Positions 39,477 to 49,179 are shown, counted from the stretch's first letter. The stretch: 61,696 bases of DNA from an uncultured Mycoplasmatota bacterium (GCA_946413985.1 CAMKMS010000003.1:1-61696); one strand, 5' to 3'. Notes: a model not told the origin generated them from the sequence alone. A program made the numbers and translations.

Positions 39477-40175
39477 ATGAATATAGGTATGAGTGTTGTA
39501 GACACTATAAAAAAATCAGTTTTAGAAAATTTTACAGGAACTATTTCTGTAACAGATATGTTAATATCATTAGTGGTAGCTTTTCTAATAGGGTTATTCA
39601 TAATATATGTTTATAGGAAAACATATACTGGTGTTGTTTATTCAAAAGCATTTTCTTTATGTATTTTAATGCTTTCAATGGTAACAGCAATGATTATTAG
39701 AACAATTAGTAGTAATATTAGTTTATCTTTAGGTATGGTTGGTGCTTTATCTATTGTAAGATTTAGGACTGCTGTAAAAGAACCTGTTGATACTGGATTT
39801 ATGTTCTGGGGAATATCTGCTGGTATTATGGCAGGAGCTGGACTTTATATAATAGCAATCGTTGCTTCATTAATACTTGGTGTTTTATATTTCTTTACAT
39901 ATTTAATGGGATTTAGAGTTTCTAATAGATATCTACTTGTTTTAAAATATGATGTAGATGCTCATAATGAAGTAATGAAAAAATTAAGAGCATTAAAGAA
40001 GTTTAAAGTTAGAAGTAAATCAATCTTTAATGATAAAGTAGAATTATCACTTGAAGTAGATATTAAAGAAAACAAAAATGGTAGTGTAAGTACTACTATT
40101 GTAGATGAATTTAGTGGGGTGGATGGAATTATTAATGCTAGTTTAATAGCATATCAAAATGATTTTGGAGATTAG
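39477..40175 (+). CDS. DUF4956-family membrane protein
   Basis: TM helices plus the signature GALSIVRFRTAVKEPVDTGFMFWGISAGIMAGAG. Begins 10 nt after the VTC gene. Confidence 0.7.
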   Translation: MNIGMSVVDTIKKSVLENFTGTISVTDMLISLVVAFLIGLFIIYVYRKTYTGVVYSKAFSLCILMLSMVTAMIIRTISSNISLSLGMVGALSIVRFRTAVKEPVDTGFMFWGISAGIMAGAGLYIIAIVASLILGVLYFFTYLMGFRVSNRYLLVLKYDVDAHNEVMKKLRALKKFKVRSKSIFNDKVELSLEVDIKENKNGSVSTTIVDEFSGVDGIINASLIAYQNDFGD

Positions 40176-40189
40176 GAGTAAAAAAACAT

Positions 40190-41596
40190 ATGGAAAAAAA
40201 GAAAGTACTTAAAATAACACCTGTTTTAATAACACTAAATGTTTTAGTGTTATTTACTATTGTTGGATTTTACATGTTTAGATTAGTTAAGTACTATAAG
40301 ATTGAAAATGGGGATAATGATGAAGATGATACAGTTTATTTAGTTGATACTTTAAAAAGAAAACAAAGTTATTTGGATGAAACTAAAGGGCTAGTATTAA
40401 ATGAAGATACTGGAGTATATACATATAAAGGTAAAATAGATGATAATTATTTAAAATACTCTGGTATGATTTATAGAATACTTAGTATTGATAAAAATAA
40501 TAATATTAAGGCTGTAAGTGAAAGTAATGTTACTATATTATATCCAGAATTAAAAAAAGGATATGAAAAATCATCTATTAATAAGTGGTTAAATGTTAGT
40601 GAGGCAAAATATAGTGGTATTTATGAAAAAACTTTAGTAGATTCTGATGACTTACTTGTAAAGACAAGTTTTTGTAATGATGTAATTGATGATGTATCTA
40701 GTATTACATGTGATAATGTATTAGATACTTATAATATTTCATTATTATCTTTGTATGATTATAAAATGGCTGGCGGAAAAGAAAGTTTTTTAAATAATGG
40801 AGATATATTTTATTTAGGTTCATTAAATAGTAAAAATGATGAATACTATGTTACAGATGAAGGCGAAATAGCTTTAAATGAAAGAGATAGTAAAGCAATA
40901 ACAATAAAACCAGTAATTACTATTTCTGGTGGAAGTAAATTGTTAAGTGGAGATGGTAGTAAAAATAAACCATACATTATTGAAAAACATAAAATAAATA
41001 CTATCGCAGATGCTTACGTAAATAGTATTGTTAAAATTGATGATATAAATTATAAAGTAATTGAAGTTCAAAAAAATAAAGTTAAATTAACTTCATTAGA
41101 TGTAATTATGAAAAAAGAAAAACCATATTTAATTAAATTTGGTGGTGAAACAAGCGCATATACAACTACTAATACAGTAGGTAAGTATTTAAATAAAACA
41201 TTTTTAAAATCATTGAGTTTAAAAGATTATGTTGTAAATGGAAATTATTTTATTGGATCTCTTGCGCTTACAAATCTTGATTATGCTTATGCAAGAAGTG
41301 AAACAGTAAAAGCTAAAGTAGGTATGCTTACTATTGGTGATATGTTTATAAATGAAACTACAAATACATTTACATTATTAAGAGGTATGGAAGATGTTGA
41401 TATTATTAATGTTATAAATGAAAATGGAGGTATTTTTGCTGATACAATAGAAGCAAAATATAATGTTAGACCAGCATTTTATATTAAAAGCAGTTTAGAA
41501 ATACTATCTGGAAAAGGAACATTAAATAGTCCATATGAGTTGGGAGTTAAAAATGAAGAAGCAGAAAACAGTGAAAAAACAGAAACAGAAGGTTAG
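40190..41596 (+). CDS. Membrane-anchored extracytoplasmic protein with an internally duplicated domain
   Basis: N-terminal TM helix (ITPVLITLNVLVLFTIVGFYMF). Two domain ends share the pattern KPVITISGGSKLLSGDGSKNKPYII and VRPAFYIKSSLEILSGKGTLNSPYEL. Acidic C-terminal tail. Confidence 0.6.
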   Translation: MEKKKVLKITPVLITLNVLVLFTIVGFYMFRLVKYYKIENGDNDEDDTVYLVDTLKRKQSYLDETKGLVLNEDTGVYTYKGKIDDNYLKYSGMIYRILSIDKNNNIKAVSESNVTILYPELKKGYEKSSINKWLNVSEAKYSGIYEKTLVDSDDLLVKTSFCNDVIDDVSSITCDNVLDTYNISLLSLYDYKMAGGKESFLNNGDIFYLGSLNSKNDEYYVTDEGEIALNERDSKAITIKPVITISGGSKLLSGDGSKNKPYIIEKHKINTIADAYVNSIVKIDDINYKVIEVQKNKVKLTSLDVIMKKEKPYLIKFGGETSAYTTTNTVGKYLNKTFLKSLSLKDYVVNGNYFIGSLALTNLDYAYARSETVKAKVGMLTIGDMFINETTNTFTLLRGMEDVDIINVINENGGIFADTIEAKYNVRPAFYIKSSLEILSGKGTLNSPYELGVKNEEAENSEKTETEG

Positions 41597-42572
41597 TAAA
41601 TTTAGTATATTCTTAATATTTGTGGATATAATAGCTTTAGCATGCTTCTTTTTAGCATATGGGCCAGTAGATTATTTTAGAGATTTTTATGTAACTTCTG
41701 CTATGACAAGTATGACTCATAAGTATTTTGCTTATACTCTTTATAGTGAAGAAGAAATAGAAAGAATTCTTGATAATAATAAAATAATTGAGCCTGAAGA
41801 AGATACTGATTCTTCTAAGATTACTTTCAATCCTAATTTTGAGACTGATACATATGAATCTATTTATGAAGAACAAATATTAAAGAAGAATAAGGGAAAT
41901 GATATATATAAAATAATAAAAGTTGATGAGCCATCATATGTAATGTATATTACTGCAATTTATGATCCATCAAGAATAGACTTAGTATCTGCTAATAACT
42001 TGGCCTATGGAGGACAAGAAGTAGAAGAAATGGCAAAAGATAATAATGCTCTTGTTGCAATTAATGCTGGTGCTGCTGCAATAATAGGCCGTTCATTAGT
42101 ACCAAGAGGTATTTTCATGATGGATGGTAAAGTACTATATGATAGTGGAGAAGCTGAAAAAATAATTGCATTTAATAAAGATCATGCACTTGTACTTGCC
42201 ACAATGACTTCAAAACAAGCTAAAAAGGCTGGCATTGTTGATGCAGTATATTTTGGACCATTTTTAATTGTTAATGGTAAAGCAGCTAAATTTGATGGTG
42301 ATGGTGGATATGGAAATAGACCAAGAACAGCTATTGGTCAAAGACAAGATGGAATAGTATTATTTATTACTATTAATGGTAAAGCTGGTTTTAATGGTGT
42401 AACCATGGAAGAATTAACTAAAATATTTGTAAGATATAAAGCATATAATGCAGCTAATCTTGATGGTGGTGGTTCTACAACGCTAGTTGAAAAAGGTGAA
42501 CTAATTAATGATCCAGCAGGATGGGGTTATAGTGGCGCTCGACATGTTGCAAATGCATTTATTGTAAAATAG
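41553..42572 (+). CDS. Phosphodiester glycosidase-family protein (NAGPA / uncovering-enzyme-like domain), membrane anchored
   Basis: N-terminal TM helix. AINAG..., GPFLIVNGK, PRTAIGQRQDG and NLDGGGSTTL motifs. Overlaps the end of the upstream gene. Confidence 0.75.
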   Translation: MKKQKTVKKQKQKVSKFSIFLIFVDIIALACFFLAYGPVDYFRDFYVTSAMTSMTHKYFAYTLYSEEEIERILDNNKIIEPEEDTDSSKITFNPNFETDTYESIYEEQILKKNKGNDIYKIIKVDEPSYVMYITAIYDPSRIDLVSANNLAYGGQEVEEMAKDNNALVAINAGAAAIIGRSLVPRGIFMMDGKVLYDSGEAEKIIAFNKDHALVLATMTSKQAKKAGIVDAVYFGPFLIVNGKAAKFDGDGGYGNRPRTAIGQRQDGIVLFITINGKAGFNGVTMEELTKIFVRYKAYNAANLDGGGSTTLVEKGELINDPAGWGYSGARHVANAFIVK

Positions 42573-42581
42573 GTGATTGAT

Positions 42582-43607
42582 ATGAAAAAGAGGGTTTTAT
42601 ATTTTGATTTGTTGAAAATTGTTTCCATTATATTTGTTGTACTAATACATGTTATTAGTGAATTTTGGAGTTTTTTAGATGTTAATAGTAATTCTTTTAT
42701 AGTATTATCTATACTAGATTCTATTTCAAGATTTTGTGTACCCATTTATTTTATGGTAAGTGGGGCTCTTTTCTTAAATGAAGAAAAGAAAATAACAATA
42801 AAAGATGTTTTAAAAAAATATGTACCTAGAGTATTACTATTATTTGTATTTTGGAATTTAACATATAGTTTTCTATATATTATATTTGATAGTAGAACTA
42901 TAACAATTAATACAGTTTATAATGTGTTTTTAGATACTATATTAGGAGATGGAATATTTCATTTATATTTTTTACCTATAATTATTGGATTTTATTTGTG
43001 TTTACCAATATTAAAACAAATAACTAAAAAAGAAAATAGAAACATATTAAAATATTTAATAATATTACTATTTATATTTGGTGGATTTAATAGAATATTT
43101 GATTATTTGTTTAATGTTACTATATCTTATACAATTGTATTTGGAGAATTTCTTATTTATTTTATACTTGGTTATTATTTAAATACATTTGATATATCAA
43201 AAAAGAATACTAAATTAATATATGCATTTGGAATTATTGGTCTAGTTATTACACTTTTTGGAACAATAATTAGTTCTAAAGCAAATGGTATTACTGATGT
43301 ATTCTTTAAGTATGATACTTTTAATGTTATTTTATATTCATCATCTGTTTTCTTATTTGCTAAAAATAATTTTGTAAGATTTAATGAAAAAGTATTAAAA
43401 TTATTAACACAAACTAATTTCGGAGTTTATTTAATTCATGGGCTTATACTTGGATTCTTTGAGTATATAGGATTATTTGGTAAAATTGCTGATGTTTCTA
43501 TAGCTTTATCTGTTTTATTAAATAGTATAATTATATATTTAATGTCTACTTTATGTGTTTATGTTTTAATTAAAATACCATATATAAGAAAATTGGTTTC
43601 ATTATAA
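42582..43607 (+). CDS. Acyltransferase family 3 (membrane O-acyltransferase)
   Basis: AGGTGA RBS. FDLLKIVSIIFVVLIHV start, about 10 TM helices, PIYFMVSGALF motif. Confidence 0.8.
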   Translation: MKKRVLYFDLLKIVSIIFVVLIHVISEFWSFLDVNSNSFIVLSILDSISRFCVPIYFMVSGALFLNEEKKITIKDVLKKYVPRVLLLFVFWNLTYSFLYIIFDSRTITINTVYNVFLDTILGDGIFHLYFLPIIIGFYLCLPILKQITKKENRNILKYLIILLFIFGGFNRIFDYLFNVTISYTIVFGEFLIYFILGYYLNTFDISKKNTKLIYAFGIIGLVITLFGTIISSKANGITDVFFKYDTFNVILYSSSVFLFAKNNFVRFNEKVLKLLTQTNFGVYLIHGLILGFFEYIGLFGKIADVSIALSVLLNSIIIYLMSTLCVYVLIKIPYIRKLVSL

Positions 43608-43628
43608 GAAGTTTACACTTCTTTTTTT
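43606..43628 (+). terminator. Rho-independent terminator closing the six-gene CotH operon
   Basis: AAGAAGT-ttac-ACTTCTT stem followed by TTTTT. Confidence 0.75.
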
Positions 43629-43699
43629 GTGGTTTTTGAAATATTGATTTTAAGTTTTGATATGCTATAATTATTATATAATAAGGAGAGTGGGTAATA

Positions 43700-44257
43700 A
43701 TGGAATTAAGAGATGGAGCATCAAAAATATATTTAATAAGCGGAAAAGCAAGACATGGCAAGGATACATTTTCTTCATATTTAAAAAGTGTTTATGAGAA
43801 AAATGGAAAGAAAGTAATTGTTACTCAGTTATCAAAGTATATTAAATATTATGCAAGAGAAATAACAGGATGGAATTTAACTGAAGAAGATAAGCCAAGA
43901 GAATTGCTTCAAACTCTTGGAACGGGAATTATTCGTGAGAAATTAGGAAAAGATGATTTATTTATAAATAGAATGGTTGATGATATTGAAATATTCTCAT
44001 GTTTTTATGACGCTATTATTATTAGTGATGTAAGACTTAAAAAAGAGATAGATGATTTAAGAGTTCATTTTCCTGATTTAGTAAGTATAAATATATTTAG
44101 ACCTAATTTTGATAATGGATTAACTGAAGAACAAAAAAAGCATAAAACTGAAATAGATCTTGACGATTATGATAAGTTTAATGAACAAATTATCAATACT
44201 ACACTAGAAGAATTAATGAAAAATGCAGAAAATATATACACAAAATACGAAAGATAG
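43700..44257 (+). CDS. P-loop kinase-like protein (dNMP-kinase-like)
   Basis: ISGKARHGKDT Walker-A variant resembling phage-type deoxynucleotide monophosphate kinases. 185 aa. GGAGAG RBS. Confidence 0.5.
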   Translation: MELRDGASKIYLISGKARHGKDTFSSYLKSVYEKNGKKVIVTQLSKYIKYYAREITGWNLTEEDKPRELLQTLGTGIIREKLGKDDLFINRMVDDIEIFSCFYDAIIISDVRLKKEIDDLRVHFPDLVSINIFRPNFDNGLTEEQKKHKTEIDLDDYDKFNEQIINTTLEELMKNAENIYTKYER

Positions 44258-44265
44258 GTGTAAAA

Positions 44266-45405
44266 ATGAAATTAATTACTGAAGCAGATGTAAAAGGAAA
44301 AAAAGTTATCGTAAGAGTTGACTTTAATGTTCCAATTAAAGATGGAAAAATAATTGATGATAATAGAATAGTTAGTAGTCTTAAAACAATTGATTATTTA
44401 GTTAGTAATAATGCTAAAGTAATATTATTATCACATTTGGGAAGAGTTAAAAGTGAAGAGGATAAAAAGAATTCTTCTTTGATGTTGGTTGCTAACCATT
44501 TATCAACACTTGTTACTTATCCTGTATACTTTACACATGAAACAAGGGGAAGTGAACTTGAAGCTTGTGTTAATAATTTATTAGAGGGAGAAGTTTTACT
44601 TGTTGAGAATACTAGATTTGAGGATGTTCCAAAAACTTTAGAATCATCTTGTGATGAAAAATTAAGTAAGTATTGGGCAAGTCTTGCTGATATATTTGTA
44701 CTTGATGCATTTGGAACTGCTCATAGATGTCATGCTTCAACATATGGTATTTCTAAATATATTCCATCATATGCTGGTTTTTTAGTAAATGACGAAGTTA
44801 ATATGTTAAATAAAGCTTTAAAAGAAAAAAGAACACTACTTTTAGGTGGTGCAAAAGTTGATGATAAAATAGGAGTACTTAATAATCTAGTTCCAACTTC
44901 AGAAAAAGTATTAATTGGTGGAGCTATGTGTTTTACATTTTTAAAGGCTAAAGGATTTAATGTAGGTAAAAGTATTGTTAGTGAAGAAAACTTAGATTAT
45001 GTAAAGTCATTATTAGATAAGTATTCTTCAAAAATAATATTACCACTTGATTTTATGACACAAAATGGTGTTAAAGATATTGATGAATTTAATGATTCTG
45101 ATATTGGTTTTGATATAGGACCTAAAACTATTCATGAATTTGAAAACAATCTTAAAAAAAGTAATCTTGTATTATGGAATGGACCACTTGGTAAGTATGA
45201 AGAAAAAGATTATGAAAATGGTACTAAGGAATTAATGATTTTTTTACAGAATCAAGATTATCCAACAATACTTGCAGGAGGAGATGTAACTGGAGCATCT
45301 AAGTATTTTAATGCTAAAATGTATTATGTTTCAACAGGTGGTGGAAGTACTCTTGAGTATTTAGAGGGTAAAAAATTTAAAACGTTAGAAAGATTAAATG
45401 GATAA
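44266..45405 (+). CDS. pgk: Phosphoglycerate kinase
   Basis: VRVDFNVP, SHLGR, AHR and GGGST motifs in the canonical order. Confidence 0.9.
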   Translation: MKLITEADVKGKKVIVRVDFNVPIKDGKIIDDNRIVSSLKTIDYLVSNNAKVILLSHLGRVKSEEDKKNSSLMLVANHLSTLVTYPVYFTHETRGSELEACVNNLLEGEVLLVENTRFEDVPKTLESSCDEKLSKYWASLADIFVLDAFGTAHRCHASTYGISKYIPSYAGFLVNDEVNMLNKALKEKRTLLLGGAKVDDKIGVLNNLVPTSEKVLIGGAMCFTFLKAKGFNVGKSIVSEENLDYVKSLLDKYSSKIILPLDFMTQNGVKDIDEFNDSDIGFDIGPKTIHEFENNLKKSNLVLWNGPLGKYEEKDYENGTKELMIFLQNQDYPTILAGGDVTGASKYFNAKMYYVSTGGGSTLEYLEGKKFKTLERLNG

Positions 45406-45468
45406 AATTATTTATCTATTTAATTTTTTTTTGATTAAATATTTGTTATAATTAGTATGGTGAAATAT

Positions 45469-46740
45469 ATGAGTATTTTGGAGTTATGTGATAATGGAGA
45501 TGTTTTATCAGTCTTAAGAATAGTTAATATAGTGTTAACAATTATTAGAGTTTCTGTTCCAATTATATTAATACTATCTTTAATGATTGGTTATATGAGT
45601 GCAGTAAAAGATAATGATAGTGATGCTCTAAATAAAGTAAATAAACAAGCAGCTGTTAAAATAATATCTGCCGTACTTGTATTTTTAATACCAACATTTG
45701 TTAAATTAATTGTTGAAATAGCAGATCCTGGAAATAGATCATATTTGTCGTGCATTAATAGTGCTACCACAGAAAATATAAGTGAAGCTTATAGAATTGA
45801 AGCTGAAAAATATATTGATATTGCAAGTGAAAGTTTAAGAAAGACAGACTATGATATGGCAGAAAGAATGTATTCAAAAGTTAAAAGTGATAAAGATAAA
45901 GAAGAATTAAGACGTGAACTCGATGAATTAAAAAAATATATAGATTTAAGAGAAAAAATTGTTACTTTAGGGAAAAATTTTAATAGAGATGATTATAAAG
46001 CAATAAAAGATGAGATAGAAAAAATAGAAGATCCATATATGAAAGAAAGAATGGAAGATATTTTAAAAGAATATGTTGGTTCTAAAGGAGGGATTGCTCA
46101 GTTCGATATTGATCCAAATTCTGAATTATATAGAAATTTGAAAAATTTTGACGGTAAAACTTTAAAAGCAGTTTTAGAAGAAAATGGTTCTAGTGTTGAA
46201 AAATTAAATGCTCAAATGCAAGCAGCTGTAGAAGCAGTTGGTGTTGGAACAAGAGAAGCACCTGTAGTAGCAGGTTTAACATTAATTGAAACACTAGCTA
46301 ATTATGGTTATAGAATTAACTATGACTGGGGTGGAAAATGGTATCATGTAGGAATAGATGGTGAAATGGGTAAGAGAATAAATCCTCCATATTGTGATTC
46401 TCACCCAAATCCAGATAGATGTAGAACAAAATTAATTTGGAAAGGATTTGACTGTAGTGGTTTTGTTAACTGGTCATTTATTCAAGGGTTTAATAATGAA
46501 AAAGCAAACAGAGAATATACTGTAGCTAGTGGTGGAATATCATTAAGAGGTCAAACAACAGCAATTTGTAATGTTGGTGATGTTGTAGTAAATGAAGATC
46601 ATATTACTATGGTTGTTGGACATGATGATGAAAAGAAAAAATATATTATTATGGAATCTACTGGTGGAGGAGTTAAACTTTCATATTATGATTATAATAA
46701 TGCTTCATATTATTGTAGACACGTAAAATATTCAAATTAG
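45469..46740 (+). CDS. Membrane-associated coiled-coil protein with a C-terminal NlpC/P60-like cysteine peptidase domain
   Basis: Two N-terminal TM helices, a K/E/D-rich helical linker, then a C-terminal FDCSGFVNWSF (catalytic Cys context) with HITMVVGH downstream. Start is 45457 or 45469 (GGTGA RBS). Confidence 0.6.
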   Translation: MSILELCDNGDVLSVLRIVNIVLTIIRVSVPIILILSLMIGYMSAVKDNDSDALNKVNKQAAVKIISAVLVFLIPTFVKLIVEIADPGNRSYLSCINSATTENISEAYRIEAEKYIDIASESLRKTDYDMAERMYSKVKSDKDKEELRRELDELKKYIDLREKIVTLGKNFNRDDYKAIKDEIEKIEDPYMKERMEDILKEYVGSKGGIAQFDIDPNSELYRNLKNFDGKTLKAVLEENGSSVEKLNAQMQAAVEAVGVGTREAPVVAGLTLIETLANYGYRINYDWGGKWYHVGIDGEMGKRINPPYCDSHPNPDRCRTKLIWKGFDCSGFVNWSFIQGFNNEKANREYTVASGGISLRGQTTAICNVGDVVVNEDHITMVVGHDDEKKKYIIMESTGGGVKLSYYDYNNASYYCRHVKYSN

Positions 46741-46767
46741 TTATTCAATAATGAATAACTTTTTTTT
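46740..46767 (+). terminator. Rho-independent terminator
   Basis: GTTATTCA-ataa-TGAATAAC stem followed by TTTTTTTT. Confidence 0.8.
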
Positions 46768-46786
46768 GTAAGAAAAAGTGTAAATA

Positions 46787-46793
46787 TTCGACA
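46787..46793 (-). promoter_or_regulatory. Consensus Spo0A box (TGTCGAA on the minus strand) upstream of spo0A
   Basis: The plus strand reads TTCGACA, an exact reverse complement of the 0A-box core TGNCGAA. It ends 68 nt upstream of the spo0A ATG. Confidence 0.45.
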
Positions 46794-46861
46794 AAAATCT
46801 TTAAAATATACCGTAGAAATATATATAATTATTGTATTATAATAAAGAAAAAGGAGAAAAA

Positions 46862-47620
46862 ATGAAAATTAAAGTATTGGTAGTAGATGATAGTGCAGTA
46901 CAAGTGCAGTTGTTGAAGAAGTACTTTAATGGAAGTGAAAAAGTAGAAGTAGTAGCTAGTGCATCAAATGGGGAGGAATTTCTAAATCTATTAGAAAACA
47001 AGAAAATAGATTTTGATATTCTAATTCTTGATCTTGTTATGCCACTTTTAGATGGATTTGAAGTCCTAGAGTATATGAAAGAACATAATATTGATAAGAA
47101 AACCATAGTAATGACATCTTTTAATGAAGATGAAACTATTAGAAGAGTTAGTGAATATGGATGTAAGTATTATGCTTTAAAACCATTTGATTTTAAAAAA
47201 CTAGAAAGTATTATAATAAGTATTAATAATTCGATTAAAGCAAGTAAAGAATTAATTGAAATGCAAGATAAGGATTTACAAATAAAAGTTACTAATTTAT
47301 TACATGCTTTGGGTATACCATCACACATAAAAGGATATCAATATATACGTTCTGCTATACTTATGGTTTATGATAATCCTAGTTTTATTGGAGGAATAAC
47401 TAAAGAATTATATCCAGATTTAAGTATTAAGTTTAATACATCCATAGATAGAGTAGAAAGAGCAATAAGACATGCTATTGAATTATCTTGGAATAGAGGA
47501 GATATAGATTTAATGGAAAGTATATTTGGAAATAGTGTTGATATAGATAGAGCTAAACCAACTAATTCAGAATTTATTGTTACAATAGCTGATAAATTAA
47601 GACTTGATATGATTGCATAA
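46862..47620 (+). CDS. spo0A: Sporulation master regulator Spo0A (response regulator)
   Basis: Receiver domain (VLVVDDS, ILDLVMPLLDG). The Spo0A-specific C-terminal domain shows GIPSHIKGYQYIRSAI, ERAIRHAIE and KPTNSEFI. AAAGGAG RBS before ATG 46862. Confidence 0.9.
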   Translation: MKIKVLVVDDSAVQVQLLKKYFNGSEKVEVVASASNGEEFLNLLENKKIDFDILILDLVMPLLDGFEVLEYMKEHNIDKKTIVMTSFNEDETIRRVSEYGCKYYALKPFDFKKLESIIISINNSIKASKELIEMQDKDLQIKVTNLLHALGIPSHIKGYQYIRSAILMVYDNPSFIGGITKELYPDLSIKFNTSIDRVERAIRHAIELSWNRGDIDLMESIFGNSVDIDRAKPTNSEFIVTIADKLRLDMIA

Positions 47621-47676
47621 AATAAATCATTCAAGTTTTTTTTATTTTGTGATAAAATAGGTTAGAGGAAAAAAAT

Positions 47677-49179
47677 ATGAAAAAAATTTTATTACTAGTA
47701 TTAGATGGGTTTGGTCTTAGGCAAAGTGATAATGGTAATGCAATTAAGATGGCTAATTTGCCTAATATAAATAAAATAATGGAAGAGTATCCTAAAAGTG
47801 AATTATCAACAATTGGAGAAGATGTTGGTCTTCCTAAAGGAATTGTTGGTAATTGTGAAGTAGGTCACATGACAATTGGAGCAGGAAGAACAGTAATACA
47901 ACCATATACAATGATTAATAATAGTATTAAAAACAAGTCATTTTTTGAAAATGATAAGCTATTAGATATGATGGATCATGTTAAGAATAATAAAAGTACT
48001 CTTCATTTGATTGGACTATTAAGCCAAAATTCTAATCATTCAAGTATGGATCATTTTTATGCATTGATTGCTCTTTGTAAAATTAGAGGTGTTAATAATG
48101 TTGTTTTTCATTTTATAACAGATGGTAAAGATTCAACATTATATGGTGCTAAAGATTATATTAATAATTTTATGAAGAAAATAGAAAGATTAGGTATTGG
48201 CATAATTGGAACATTATGTGGTAGATATTATGCTATGGATTGTGATGGAAACTACGATAGGATAAATAAAGCATATGATTTATATGTACATAATGTTGGA
48301 AGCAATTTTGCTGATTATAATAGATGCTTAGACTTACACTATAAAAATAATATAACTGATGAATATGTTAATCCTAGTGTAATTACAAAAGGAAGCAATA
48401 TTAAAGATAATGATGGTGTTCTATTTGTAGATTATAGGCCAGAAATTATAGATGAATTAATAACTTCATTAACAGATGATTCATTTAATAAATTTAATAC
48501 TAGAAAATTAAATAATGTTAAATACTGTGCTTTGTATAGTACTTCAAATAAAATAGATGGTGCTTATACTAATGAAACAATATCTAATACTTTTGGAAAA
48601 TATCTATCTGATTTAGGATTTAAACAAGCAAGAATAGCAGAAGCTTGTAGATATCCACATGTAACATATTTTTTTGATGGAGCAGAGGAGTTCTCAGATA
48701 AAAATTTATATAAATTACAAATACCATCAGTTAAAGTAGCAAGATATGATATGAAACCAGAAATGAATATTGCTGATGTTACAAGTGCAACTTTAAGTGC
48801 AATTGAAGAAGATATGGATTTTATTCTTGTTAATTTTGCAAATCCAGATGTAGTAGGTCAAACAGGAAATATTCCTGCAACTATAAGAGCACTTGAAACT
48901 TGTGATATTTGTATTGAAAAAATATTAGAACATGCGAGTGAAAACTTCTACGATGTAGTAATAACTTCTGATCATGGTAATGTTGAAATGATGAAAAATG
49001 AAGATGGAAGCATTAATACAACTCACACAGATAATAATGTTCCATTCATAATTTGCAATAAAAAATATAAGTTAAAAGAATTTGGTACTTTAAGAGATGT
49101 AATTCCTACTATTATAGATATGTTTGAGATAAGTAAACCTAAGGAAATGACAGGGGAAAGCTTAATAGTAAAGAATTAG
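47677..49179 (+). CDS. gpmI: 2,3-bisphosphoglycerate-independent phosphoglycerate mutase
   Basis: LLVLDGFG N-terminus, catalytic Ser region GNCEVGHMTIGAGR, and C-terminal TSDHGN. Confidence 0.88.
   Translation: MKKILLLVLDGFGLRQSDNGNAIKMANLPNINKIMEEYPKSELSTIGEDVGLPKGIVGNCEVGHMTIGAGRTVIQPYTMINNSIKNKSFFENDKLLDMMDHVKNNKSTLHLIGLLSQNSNHSSMDHFYALIALCKIRGVNNVVFHFITDGKDSTLYGAKDYINNFMKKIERLGIGIIGTLCGRYYAMDCDGNYDRINKAYDLYVHNVGSNFADYNRCLDLHYKNNITDEYVNPSVITKGSNIKDNDGVLFVDYRPEIIDELITSLTDDSFNKFNTRKLNNVKYCALYSTSNKIDGAYTNETISNTFGKYLSDLGFKQARIAEACRYPHVTYFFDGAEEFSDKNLYKLQIPSVKVARYDMKPEMNIADVTSATLSAIEEDMDFILVNFANPDVVGQTGNIPATIRALETCDICIEKILEHASENFYDVVITSDHGNVEMMKNEDGSINTTHTDNNVPFIICNKKYKLKEFGTLRDVIPTIIDMFEISKPKEMTGESLIVKN

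Noticed and set aside
43700-44257. A phage-type dNMP-kinase-like P-loop gene, considered as evidence of a prophage remnant
   Set aside because: No integrase, other phage genes or att-like repeats are nearby. It is flanked by a terminator and pgk, and a single gene is insufficient evidence.
11516-47634. Other short antisense ORFs in the track (11516-11701, 21376-21579, 25393-25665, 26418-26618, 28060-28245, 36377-36562, 39401-39601, 41652-41876, 42527-42745, 43570-43761, 46837-47106, 47368-47634)
   Set aside because: Each is embedded in, or bridges, well-supported genes on the opposite strand, with low-complexity composition and no translation signals.
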